Of a stretch of DNA of 36,312 bases, positions 8,558-17,378 are shown in pieces; within the stretch, counting starts at the first letter, position 1; every line of letters starts with the position of its first letter. The notes beneath the pieces are model-generated. The model made no database searches, had not been told where the DNA came from, and saw nothing but the letters and a program-made list of their open reading frames with translations. Source of the DNA: an uncultured Polyangiaceae bacterium. Its GTDB lineage: Bacteria > Myxococcota_A > Polyangia > Polyangiales > Polyangiaceae. The stretch lies in contig CAYTJL010000078.1 of NCBI GenBank assembly GCA_964437785.1, forward strand, positions 1 to 36,312. The letters are read 5' to 3'. The position numbers and the translations under genes are program-made.

Positions 8558-9556
8558 ATGCTCCGGCGCGAATTCCTCGGCGCGCTCGGCACGTTCACCG
8601 CGTTCGCCGCGAGCGCGTGCGGCGGCGCTCCCGTGGCTCCGCCCGCGGGCGAGGAGCGGCCGCCGCTGCGCCTCGCCTCGCTCACGGATCTCGTCCCGCG
8701 CGCCGAGCTCGGCCACCTGATCGTCACGCGCCCGCGCGAGATCGCCGCCATCCCGTGGCTCATCCCGGCCATCGCCAAGATCGCGCCCGAGAAGAACCTC
8801 GATCGCTTCGCCGCGTCCACCGGCCTCGATCTGCGCGGCCTCCACGACGCGGTCATCGCGACGCACGGGCCCAGCACGGTGTACATCGTTCGGTACAACG
8901 GCGATCCGCGCGTCGTCGAGCGCTGGTTCCGCTCGCGCATCGTCGCGCGCGAGAAGCGCGTGATCGAGCGGCCCGACGTGATCTTCATCGCGGGCGTGAT
9001 CGGCACGCAGGAGAGCGCGATCGCGCTGCTCGGCACGAGCGTCGCCGTGATCCAGCACGGCGGCAGCGGGTCGCGCGGGCCCGCGCGCATCGCGGCGCTG
9101 TACGCCGAGGGCAGGCTCAAGCGCTCGCCGGTCGCGCTCGCCGAGGAGCCGCTCAAGGGGCTCGCGGAGCGCCTCGGCAACGCCCCTGCGCTCGCCTTCT
9201 CGCTCGGCCCGTTCGAAGGCGAGCTCGCGCGCGGCGCGCGCGGCTTGCTCGCGGGCGCGACCGCGATCGGCGCGTCGGCGCGGCCGAGCGTGCGCGAGGG
9301 GATCCTCGTGTCGATCGCGGTGGCTGGAGATTTCTCGACGAGCGGCGAGGCGGCGCGCGCGGAGCTCCTCCACGCGTGGGACGACCTCGCGAAGAGCTCG
9401 CTCGGCAAGCTGCTCGCGCTCGATCAGCTCAAGGAGAAGCCGCTCGCGACGCACCACAAAGACGCGGTCGCGATCACGGTCGAGCTCGACCCCAACAAGC
9501 TCGCGACCGGGCTCGCCTCGGCGACGAGCGCGCGCGTGAACGAGATCATGCGCTGA
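8558..9556 (+). CDS. Hypothetical lipoprotein with Tat-like signal
   Basis: MLRREFLGALGTFTAFAASACGG has an RR-x-FLG twin-arginine-like motif, an h-region and a lipobox AS-C. No catalytic motif recognised. Confidence 0.5.
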   Translation: MLRREFLGALGTFTAFAASACGGAPVAPPAGEERPPLRLASLTDLVPRAELGHLIVTRPREIAAIPWLIPAIAKIAPEKNLDRFAASTGLDLRGLHDAVIATHGPSTVYIVRYNGDPRVVERWFRSRIVAREKRVIERPDVIFIAGVIGTQESAIALLGTSVAVIQHGGSGSRGPARIAALYAEGRLKRSPVALAEEPLKGLAERLGNAPALAFSLGPFEGELARGARGLLAGATAIGASARPSVREGILVSIAVAGDFSTSGEAARAELLHAWDDLAKSSLGKLLALDQLKEKPLATHHKDAVAITVELDPNKLATGLASATSARVNEIMR

Positions 9557-9563
9557 TCGAGCG

Positions 9564-10463
9564 TCAACGCAGCGCGGGCGCCGCCCGGCCCTTGAGCTTG
9601 CCGAGCCGCTCCACGAGGACCTCGATCGGCGTGCCGAATTCGAGCTTGCCTCCCACGGCCGCGAGCGTGCCGCCCGCCACGCACCCGAGCGCGATCACGT
9701 CGCCCGCGCAGAGGGGGACGCGGTGGCTCACGTGCGCGATGGACGCCGCGATCGAGAAGCGCGCGCCGCTCGTCGCTCCGCGCAGCGCCGTTTGACCGCC
9801 CGCGCGGACCTCGACGCGCAACGCCGACGGGTCGGCGATCTCGTCGCGCGAGACGAGCACAGGCCCGAGCTGCGCCGCGAAGTCCCGCGCGCCCGCGTCG
9901 AGCGACGAGGCTCGATCCGTAGGATCCCACGGCGCCTCTGCGCGCGAGACCCAACCGCAGGCGATCGTGTACCCGAAGATGGCGCGCTCCGCCTCGCCGG
10001 GCGTCGCGCGCTCGATGTCCTCGCCCATCACCGCGGCGATCCCGACCTCGACGTCGGGCAGCTCGACGCCGCTCGGAAACATGGCGATCTCGTCGTGGCC
10101 GAGGAGACCCCGCGCGCTTCCGAGGCCGTACACCGGCGCGATCGAAGGGTGATCGTGCGGCGCCATGCGGACGAAGAGGGCGCGTGACGTGTCGCAGGGG
10201 GGGAGCCACGTGAACGAGCCGGGCAGGATCCTGGCCTCGGTGGGCCGATCGCCCGCTTTGAGCCGTTCGTCGTGGTGAAAGAGCCCCGCCCCTCCGAGCG
10301 AAAAGAGCCTTACGTGGAGGTCCTCCGACGTGTGGAGAGGATCTCCCGAGACGTGACGATCGAGCTCGGGGACCGAATACAAAGCGCCGTTGCGCTCCAA
10401 CGCGAGCACCTCGTGACTCACGTCCTCTTCGGGATCTCGTACGAGGATTCGTGCGATTCGCAT
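9564..10463 (-). CDS. Fumarylacetoacetate hydrolase (FAH)-family protein
   Basis: Minus-strand translation contains FAH-family features: GYTIACGWVSRA...; PLCAGDVIALGCVAGGTLAAVGGKLEFGTPIEVLVERLGKL (the GDVI..GTP C-terminal motif). Confidence 0.7.
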   Translation of the reverse strand: MRIARILVRDPEEDVSHEVLALERNGALYSVPELDRHVSGDPLHTSEDLHVRLFSLGGAGLFHHDERLKAGDRPTEARILPGSFTWLPPCDTSRALFVRMAPHDHPSIAPVYGLGSARGLLGHDEIAMFPSGVELPDVEVGIAAVMGEDIERATPGEAERAIFGYTIACGWVSRAEAPWDPTDRASSLDAGARDFAAQLGPVLVSRDEIADPSALRVEVRAGGQTALRGATSGARFSIAASIAHVSHRVPLCAGDVIALGCVAGGTLAAVGGKLEFGTPIEVLVERLGKLKGRAAPALR

Positions 10464-10592
10464 GCGTCAAATGGAGATCTCGGGCGGGTCGCGGGCGGCC
10501 GCCGTCGAGGGATCGCCGCCCGCTCGAAGCGCGATCAAAAGCACGCCAAACGAGCGCGACAAAGTGTTAAGTTTTGCCTTCCCTGAACGTCG

Positions 10593-13466
10593 ATGACGGC
10601 ACTCCGCGGCGAGATCCAAGAACCTCCTTCGCAGCAGTCGCCTCTTAAAACGGCCGGCGACGAGAAGGCGCGCGCACGCGAGCGCATCGGCTCGGTGATC
10701 AGCGACAAATACAAGCTGGACTCGCTCCTCGGCGTCGGCGGCATGGCCTCGGTTTATTCGGCCGTCCACACGCGAACGGGATCCCGCAAAGCGCTCAAGA
10801 TCCTGCACACGGAGCTCGCGCACGATCGCGCCATCACGGACCGCTTCCTGCGCGAAGGCCGCGTCCCGAACCGCATCAACCACCGCGGTCGCGTGGCGAT
10901 CGACGACGACGGCTTCACCGATCACGGCGAGCCCTACCTCGTCATGGAGCTACTCGAAGGCGAGACCGCGCAGGCGCTCTGGAAGCGCAGGAGCAGGCGC
11001 CTCCCCATCGGCGAGGCGCTGTGGATCGCGAGCGAGGTGCTCGACGTGCTCGAGGCCTTCCACAAAGAGAAGATCGTCCACCGCGACATCAAGCCCGCGA
11101 ACATCTTCATCACGGGCGACGGCGTCGTGAAGATCTTGGACTTCGGCGTAGCCCGCATGCACGAGGCGCACAGCGACAAGACGCACGCGGGCACCGCGCT
11201 CGGGACGCCTTCGTTCATGGCGCCCGAGCAGGCCATGGGGCTCATCGACGGCATCGACGGGCGCGCCGACGTCTTCTCCGTGGGCGCGACGCTCTACGCG
11301 CTCCTCTCGGGCCAGCGGCTCCACCAAGGGCGCAGCGACAACGAGGCGTTCATCCTCGCGGCGACGCAGCCCGCGCCTTCGCTCGCGCGCGTCGCGCCCG
11401 AGCTGCCCATCGAGGTCGTGGGCTTGGTCGACAAGGCCCTCGCGTGGGATCAACGCAGCCGCTTCCAGACCGCGGCGCTCATGCGCGACGAGTGCGTGCG
11501 GCTCATGGAGCAGCACAGCGAGGGCGCGCCGCAGGCGGGCGCGCGCGTCGCGAAGCGCGAGGAGCGCGTTCGAAAGGCCGAGGCCGCGGCGCTCCCCATC
11601 GTCGAAGAGATGCAGGAGACCGAGGAGCAGGACGCCGAGGCGACCGATCCGCAGGTCGTCGCGCTCGTCGATCTGTTCCGCCGGTGGGAGCGCCTCCTGC
11701 CCACCGTGCGCCACTACGGGTGGGCGCACCCCGAGACGGACAACAAGCTACGCGCCACGTACCAAGGCGTGATGGAGGCGCTGCGCGCCGATCCGACCGC
11801 CGTCCACTGGATGCTCAAGCCCTACGCGTTCCTCCATCGCGGCCAGACCGTGTGGGAGCCCGAGCCGCCGCTCGATGCGGTCCCGTATCACCTGTTCGCC
11901 GCGGGCATCCGCCGCATCGAGCTCACGCCCGGCTTCTCCGAAGAGGAGATGCAGAACCTCTGCGAGGTGATGCTGCTCGATCCCGCGGTCGATCTCGCGC
12001 CGGAGGACGACGTCGCCGCGGCGCTCTGGGAGCGCAGGCTCGAGCACGTGCGCTACGACGCCATCAACGTGTTCGCCGAGGGCGACGCCGCCGACCGCGA
12101 GGAGTTCTGGGCCGAGGCCGACGACCTCGAAGAGCTCGCGCGCAAGGCCGCGAGCGAGGAGCGCGCCAACCGCGTCGAGGCGGCGGCCATGGCGATCGAG
12201 ACCGATCAGGCGGCGCTCCGCGCGGCGAGGCAGGCCGCGTCCGCGCTCGCGCTCGATCCGGTCGCGCGCAAGGCGCTCGGCGCGCAGCTCGGCATGACGC
12301 CCGAGCGGTGGACCGAGCGCTTCGTCGACGTGATGGCCGAGGCGATCCTCGACGCCAAGCGGAGGAACGATCTCTCGCTGGTGCTGGAGCCGCTCGACGC
12401 ATCCACGCGCGACCTCGTCCTCCAGCGTCGCTTCGATCTCGCGTTCTCGATGTTCGACGCGCTCGCGAAGGCGATCGAGGCGAGCGCCCCTCGAACGGCG
12501 CCGGGCAGCGGTCGACGCACGCAGCCGGTGGCGATGAACGACAGCGCGCAGGCGCTCAAGGCCGAGCTCGCGTGCGGGATGTTCTCGCCCGAGACGCTGC
12601 GGCTCCTGCTCCGTGAGGCCACGCGCGCGGCGCCGCGGAGCGCGCTCGGCGAGCCGCTCCCCGAGGTCGATCTCGACGCGCTCGCGCGCGACATGATGCC
12701 CGTCATCGCGGCCTTCGGACCTTCGCACCTGGAGGTGATCCTCGACATCGTCGCGGCCGTCCCGCACGAGGGGCTGCGCCGCGTGCTCTTCGGCTATTTG
12801 GAGCGCGTCTTGCCGGGCCGCGAGGCCGAGGTCGTCGACAAGCTGATGACGGTCGACGTCGACGTCGCGCGGCCGATCCTCAAGATCTTCGCCGCGATCC
12901 GCACGGCGAGCGCGACCGAGGCGCTGCGGAGGCTCGCCGGGTGCGCGAACGCGCTCCTGCGGTGCGAGGCGACGGCGCAGCTCGCGATGACCGCCGATCA
13001 GCTCAAGGACGATCTGCTCGCGCTCTCCGAGGCGCAGCAGCCCGAGGTGCGCGTCGCGGCGCTCCGCACGCTCGCGCACCATCAGGTGAAGGCGGCGGGG
13101 CCGCTGCTCGTCCGCAAGGCGCAGGAGGCGTCGTTCGTGAAGCTCACGCTCGACGAGCGGCGCGAGATCCTCTCCGCGCTCTTCGTGCTCCACCCCGTGC
13201 GCGGCGAGCAGGTGTCCATCGAGCTGCTCCAAAAGAAGAGCCGCCTCGGGACGGACGACGCGCTCGAACAAACACGCTTGCTCGCGGCCGATCTCTTGAG
13301 CCGCGAGGGCCGATCGCCGGAGGCGCTCAACGCCGCGATCGCCGCGAGCAAAGGCGGGTTCTTGAGCGGCAACAGCCCGGCGCTGCGCGAGCGCGCGCTC
13401 GCCGCCGCGCACGCGATCGCGGCGCGCCTCGGCAAGACGCTCACCGAGAGCGGGGAGCTCACGTGA
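10593..13466 (+). CDS. Ser/Thr protein kinase (Hanks-type) with long C-terminal helical/HEAT-like region
   Basis: YKLDSLLGVGGMASVYSAVHTRTGSRKALKIL (Gly-loop and VAIK-like K), HRDIKPANIFI (catalytic loop), ILDFGVAR (DFG) and GTPSFMAPEQ (APE). The C-terminal ~600 aa is helical with HEAT-like units (EVRVAALRTLA). The stop overlaps the next gene's GTG (GTGA). Confidence 0.88.
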   Translation: MTALRGEIQEPPSQQSPLKTAGDEKARARERIGSVISDKYKLDSLLGVGGMASVYSAVHTRTGSRKALKILHTELAHDRAITDRFLREGRVPNRINHRGRVAIDDDGFTDHGEPYLVMELLEGETAQALWKRRSRRLPIGEALWIASEVLDVLEAFHKEKIVHRDIKPANIFITGDGVVKILDFGVARMHEAHSDKTHAGTALGTPSFMAPEQAMGLIDGIDGRADVFSVGATLYALLSGQRLHQGRSDNEAFILAATQPAPSLARVAPELPIEVVGLVDKALAWDQRSRFQTAALMRDECVRLMEQHSEGAPQAGARVAKREERVRKAEAAALPIVEEMQETEEQDAEATDPQVVALVDLFRRWERLLPTVRHYGWAHPETDNKLRATYQGVMEALRADPTAVHWMLKPYAFLHRGQTVWEPEPPLDAVPYHLFAAGIRRIELTPGFSEEEMQNLCEVMLLDPAVDLAPEDDVAAALWERRLEHVRYDAINVFAEGDAADREEFWAEADDLEELARKAASEERANRVEAAAMAIETDQAALRAARQAASALALDPVARKALGAQLGMTPERWTERFVDVMAEAILDAKRRNDLSLVLEPLDASTRDLVLQRRFDLAFSMFDALAKAIEASAPRTAPGSGRRTQPVAMNDSAQALKAELACGMFSPETLRLLLREATRAAPRSALGEPLPEVDLDALARDMMPVIAAFGPSHLEVILDIVAAVPHEGLRRVLFGYLERVLPGREAEVVDKLMTVDVDVARPILKIFAAIRTASATEALRRLAGCANALLRCEATAQLAMTADQLKDDLLALSEAQQPEVRVAALRTLAHHQVKAAGPLLVRKAQEASFVKLTLDERREILSALFVLHPVRGEQVSIELLQKKSRLGTDDALEQTRLLAADLLSREGRSPEALNAAIAASKGGFLSGNSPALRERALAAAHAIAARLGKTLTESGELT

Positions 13467-16400
13467 GCGGCGGCAAGCGATCGATCCCGCCTCCTTCGTT
13501 GGGCCGCCGCGCGCCGCCCACGCCGGCGCTCGGCGAGCCGTTCCCCACGAGCGTCCCCGGGCGCGCGCTGCGCACGCCTTCGTCTAAGCCTCCCGCGCCG
13601 GGATCCATCGCTCCGCAGGACGCGGGCTCGCTCGACGTGATGAGCCAGAACGCGGGCCAGAACGTGCGCAAGGTGCACGCGCGCGAGCTCGCGTCGGCCG
13701 TCGTCACCGGCCTCTTCCGCTTGGTCAAGCTCGCCACGCTGCACTCGCTCGACAACCAGGCCATGGTCCGGCAAGTCGACGAGATGGTGCAGCTCGTGAG
13801 CGAATACGGGCAGCGCACCGAGCACAACGTCTCGATCTTGTTCGCGCACGGATCGGTCTTCGTCGGCGGGCAGCTCCTCCGCGCGAACCGCGGCATCTAC
13901 GAGGGCGCGCTCGAGCTCGGCGATCTCTTGCACAAGATCGACGCCGCCGAGATCGGCATCATGCGCGACGCGACCGCGGGCGATTTCTACGCGTTCGCGT
14001 CGTCGATGGCCGAGGCGCTCCGGCAGGCCAAGCCCGCGCCGATCCGCAGGCCATCGCCGCGCATTTTGCTCCGCAGCATGAGCGCCGCCGCGCTCCTCCG
14101 CGAGGGGATGGTCACGTCGGAGCGCACCGATCCCAACGTGCAGGTCTCGCGCATCTACGCGTCGGCGGTCGTCATCATGCGGCGCTTCCTCGAAGATCTT
14201 CGCCGCGGAAAATACGATCTCCCGCAGCGGGTCAAGCGCGTGGCGCAGCGGCTCGTCGATCTCTCCACGGGCGAGACGCCGGCGTTCCTCGGCGTGACGT
14301 CGGCGCGCAACGCCAACCACGACGACGCGGGGCGCGCGGTCAACACGGCGATCCTCGCGCTCGCGATGACGCGCCAAGTGTCGACCGACATGGTCCAGCT
14401 CTCGCGCGTCGCGATGGCCGCGCTGCTCTACGACTGCGCGCGCGCGCGCAACGCGGGCGTCGTCGGCTTGACGGGGCCCGCCGCGTCGGCGGTGATCCCG
14501 CAGCTCAGCGAGCAGCAAGAGGCCGCCGCGCCCGCGGGCACGGCGGTGGTCCTCACCGCGCTCGGCCGCGTGAACGAGCCCAGCGTGATGCGCACCGTGA
14601 TCGCGTTCGAGGCGCAGTGGGAGCGGCGCAAGGTGAGGCTCGGTCCGCTCTACCGCGGCCTGCGCCAGCCGAGCCTTCAAGCGCGCGTCATCGCCGTCGC
14701 GCGCGCGTACAACGATCTCTTGACGCCTTCGCCCGGGCAGCAGGCGCTGAGCGCGGACGAGGCGATCGCCAAGCTCCAGGCCGAGGCCACCGAGCCCACC
14801 GATCGCACCGTGCTCCGCCTCCTCGTCGGCGCGCTCGGCATCTTCCCCACCGGCACGGTGGTGCAGCTCTCGACCGGCGAGGTCGCGCTCATCCTTCGCG
14901 CGCCGGCGAACCCGGCGCTCTACGGGCAGCCCAAGGTCCAGATCGTCATGGACGCGTCGGGCGGGCATCTCGCGCGTCCGATCGAGCTCGATCTGTCCGC
15001 CAAGCGACGCTCCGGCGAGCCCCTCCGCCAGATCACCAAGGTGCTCGCGACCTCGGACGATCCGCAGTCGGCGCAGCTCCGCGCGTGGGCATCCGGCGCA
15101 TCCGGCGCGTCGAACGCATCGAGCGCGCCGAACGCATCGAGCGCGCCCGCCGCGCGCGAGGCGGTGTTCGCGACGCCGTTGCCTCCTCCGCCCGCACAGG
15201 AGGCTCCGCGCCAACGCGACACCAAGACACCGCACCGTCAGGTCGAGGTGCGCGCGGTCGAGGCGCCGCCCGACTCGCGCCGCGCGCATGGGCTCGAGCT
15301 CCCGAGCTCGCCGCCCACCGCCGAGGGCGATCTCAAGAAGACGCCGTTCGCGCACCTGCTTGTTTACATGCTCGATCGCAAGCTCACGGGCACCACGCTC
15401 CTGCGCGGCGAAGAGGGCGCGATCCACGCGGTGTATTTCTTCGAGGGCGCGCCCGCCAAGGTCCGCACCGGCACGCCCATCGCGCCGCTCGATCGGGTGC
15501 TGCTCGATCAAGGTCTGCTCGACGAGACCACGCTCCGCGGCACGCTGCTCGAGATCAAGAAGCGCAACATCTTGCACGGGCGCTTCCTCGTGATGAAGGG
15601 CCTCCTCGATCGCGACACGATCATCGCCGCGCTCCGCGTGCAGCTCCTCCGCAAGGTGACGCATCTCTTCGAGCTCCCTGCGTCGACGCGGTACGCGTAC
15701 TACGAGGGCAAGAACCTCATCGCGTCGTGGGGCGGCCCCGAGCTGATGCCGTGCGAGCCGCTCGCGGTGATCATGGCCGGCATCCGGCAGCGCGCGACCG
15801 ATCCGATCGTCGACGGCACCATCGCGCGCTTCGGCAGCCGCACGCTCTCGATCCACCCGGACGCGGAGGTGAAGCGCTTCGTGCTCCAGCGCGACGAGCG
15901 CGCGGTGGTCGACATGCTCCGCGCGCGACCGTCGACGTTGAGCGCGCTGCTCGAGTCGGGCGCCGCGCAGGATCGCGTGGTCCGCTACATGATCTATGCG
16001 CTCGCGGTGACGCGGCACCTCGACTTCGGCAAGCCGCCGATCGGCATCCAGCGCGATTGGCCTGCGGTGATCGATCAAACCACGGGCCAAGCGATCCCTT
16101 CATCGGCGCTCGCGGGGCCCGCCATCAGCGAGCCCGAGCCGGCGTCGTCGAGGATCCCGCGGACCACCACCAAGATGCAGCGCGTGAACCCCACGCCCGC
16201 GGAGCCCGCGAAGCCGATCGCGCCCACGATGCCCAAGCACGCTTCGTCGCCCGCGACGCCCCCCGTGACGCCGAAGCCATCGTCCGCCGACGAAGCGCCG
16301 CACTCCAAGCCAACGACCAAGCTCCCGCGCGTCACCGCGCCGGACGCTGAACCTCCTTCGTCTCGCGCGCCTGTTGACGTGGGTCGCTCAGTCGCCGACG

Positions 16401-17359
16401 CGAGGTCCGCGGCCGCGCCCAAGACACCTGAGCCGCCGCCCGCCAGGCCCAAGACACCTGAGCCGCCGCCCGCCAAGCCCAAGGCGCCCGCGCAGCAGGC
16501 TGCTTCGCCCGAGCCGCCGTCGGCCGCGAGCCCCACGCCGCCGGCCGCGAGCCCCGCGCCGCCGGCCAAGCCCAAGCCCGATTTGGCCGCGCGACGCGTG
16601 GAGATCCAGCGCCGCGCGGCGAGCATCGACAGCGAAGACTTCTTCCAGATGCTCGGCGTGCCCCGCGACGCGACGAACGAAGAGGTGAAGGCCGCGTTCG
16701 TGAGCCTCGTCAAGGTGTGGCACCCGGATCGCCTGCCCGCCGATCTCGCGGAGCTGAAGCCGGACACGTCGCGCGTCTTCGCTCGCATCTCCGAGGCGAA
16801 CCAGACGCTCTCCGATCCGAGCAAGCGCGCGAGCTACGCGCGCATGTTGGAGCAGGGCGCGATCCGCAACGAAGATCCTTCGGAGGTCGCGCGCGCGGTG
16901 GACGCGGCGCTCGAATTCCAAAAGGCGGAGATCCTCCTCAAGAAGAACGATCTCGCGGGCGCGGAGGCGCTCGCCAAGCGCGCGTCGGACGCCGATCCCG
17001 AGCAGCCCGAATACAAGACGTTGCTCGCGTGGATCCAAGCGCTTCGGAGGCCGGATCCGCCCGGCGCCGCCGAGGGCGTGCCGTCGCGCCACTTCGACGA
17101 TCTCATCAAGGTGCTCGACGACGTCATCTCGAACGAGCCTCGCTACGAGCGCGCGCTCTATTACCGCGGGATGCTCCACAAGCGCTCGGGCAGGCTCGAT
17201 CGCGCCATCCGTGATTTTCGCCTCGTGGCCGAGGTGAACCCCAGGAACATCGACGCGGTCCGCGAGGTGAGGCTCTTCGAGATGCGCCGCCGCACCGGCC
17301 CGTCGCCCAAAGATCCGCCGGACGGCGGCGGGCTCTTCGGCAAGTTCTTCAAGCGCTGA
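13463..17359 (+). CDS. Multidomain protein: N-terminal module / degenerate HD-GYP-like region / DUF4388-like region / Pro-rich linker / DnaJ J-domain / TPR-like C-terminus (~1298 aa)
   Basis: In-frame GTG at 13463 overlaps the kinase stop; the six-frame ORF 12941.. is a 5' extension into the kinase. Motifs: VIAVARAYNDLLTPSPGQQALSADEAIAKL and GIFPTGTVVQLSTGEVALIL (HD-GYP C-terminal-like). DLKKTPFAHLLVYMLDRKLTGTTLLRGEEGAIHAVYFFEG (DUF4388-like). EDFFQMLGVPRDATNEEVKAAFVSLVKVWHPDR...RISEANQTLSDPSKRASY (J-domain with HPD). The C-terminal helical repeats are TPR-like. Confidence 0.7.
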   Translation: MSGGKRSIPPPSLGRRAPPTPALGEPFPTSVPGRALRTPSSKPPAPGSIAPQDAGSLDVMSQNAGQNVRKVHARELASAVVTGLFRLVKLATLHSLDNQAMVRQVDEMVQLVSEYGQRTEHNVSILFAHGSVFVGGQLLRANRGIYEGALELGDLLHKIDAAEIGIMRDATAGDFYAFASSMAEALRQAKPAPIRRPSPRILLRSMSAAALLREGMVTSERTDPNVQVSRIYASAVVIMRRFLEDLRRGKYDLPQRVKRVAQRLVDLSTGETPAFLGVTSARNANHDDAGRAVNTAILALAMTRQVSTDMVQLSRVAMAALLYDCARARNAGVVGLTGPAASAVIPQLSEQQEAAAPAGTAVVLTALGRVNEPSVMRTVIAFEAQWERRKVRLGPLYRGLRQPSLQARVIAVARAYNDLLTPSPGQQALSADEAIAKLQAEATEPTDRTVLRLLVGALGIFPTGTVVQLSTGEVALILRAPANPALYGQPKVQIVMDASGGHLARPIELDLSAKRRSGEPLRQITKVLATSDDPQSAQLRAWASGASGASNASSAPNASSAPAAREAVFATPLPPPPAQEAPRQRDTKTPHRQVEVRAVEAPPDSRRAHGLELPSSPPTAEGDLKKTPFAHLLVYMLDRKLTGTTLLRGEEGAIHAVYFFEGAPAKVRTGTPIAPLDRVLLDQGLLDETTLRGTLLEIKKRNILHGRFLVMKGLLDRDTIIAALRVQLLRKVTHLFELPASTRYAYYEGKNLIASWGGPELMPCEPLAVIMAGIRQRATDPIVDGTIARFGSRTLSIHPDAEVKRFVLQRDERAVVDMLRARPSTLSALLESGAAQDRVVRYMIYALAVTRHLDFGKPPIGIQRDWPAVIDQTTGQAIPSSALAGPAISEPEPASSRIPRTTTKMQRVNPTPAEPAKPIAPTMPKHASSPATPPVTPKPSSADEAPHSKPTTKLPRVTAPDAEPPSSRAPVDVGRSVADARSAAAPKTPEPPPARPKTPEPPPAKPKAPAQQAASPEPPSAASPTPPAASPAPPAKPKPDLAARRVEIQRRAASIDSEDFFQMLGVPRDATNEEVKAAFVSLVKVWHPDRLPADLAELKPDTSRVFARISEANQTLSDPSKRASYARMLEQGAIRNEDPSEVARAVDAALEFQKAEILLKKNDLAGAEALAKRASDADPEQPEYKTLLAWIQALRRPDPPGAAEGVPSRHFDDLIKVLDDVISNEPRYERALYYRGMLHKRSGRLDRAIRDFRLVAEVNPRNIDAVREVRLFEMRRRTGPSPKDPPDGGGLFGKFFKR
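15090..15147 (+). repeat. In-frame tandem short repeats (9-bp x2 and 18-bp x2) encoding ASGASGASNASSAPNASSAP linker
   Basis: catccggcg catccggcg followed by gaacgcatcgagcgcgcc x2, seen directly in the sequence inside the 13463..17359 CDS. Confidence 0.7.
16418..16558 (+). repeat. In-frame tandem repeats encoding Pro-rich linker (30-bp unit x2 plus partial; 21-bp unit x2)
   Basis: cccaagacacctgagccgccgcccgccagg / cccaagacacctgagccgccgcccgccaag (16418-16477, 1 mismatch) encodes PKTPEPPPA(R/K). ccg(t/c)cggccgcgagcccc(a/g)cg x2 (about 16517-16558) encodes PSAASPTPPAASPAPPA. Confidence 0.75.
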
Positions 17360-17378
17360 TCGCGCTCAACCGTAGAGC

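Noticed and set aside
12941-13462. 5' extension of the large downstream ORF overlapping the kinase 3' region
   Set aside because: It overlaps the well-supported kinase in another frame. The GTG at 13463 forming a GTGA overlap with the kinase stop is the more parsimonious start.
13082-16090. 1002-aa minus-strand ORF antisense to the DUF4388 / J-domain gene
   Set aside because: The same high-GC antisense artefact. The sense frame carries J-domain, DUF4388-like and HD-GYP-like motifs and consistent GC3 bias.
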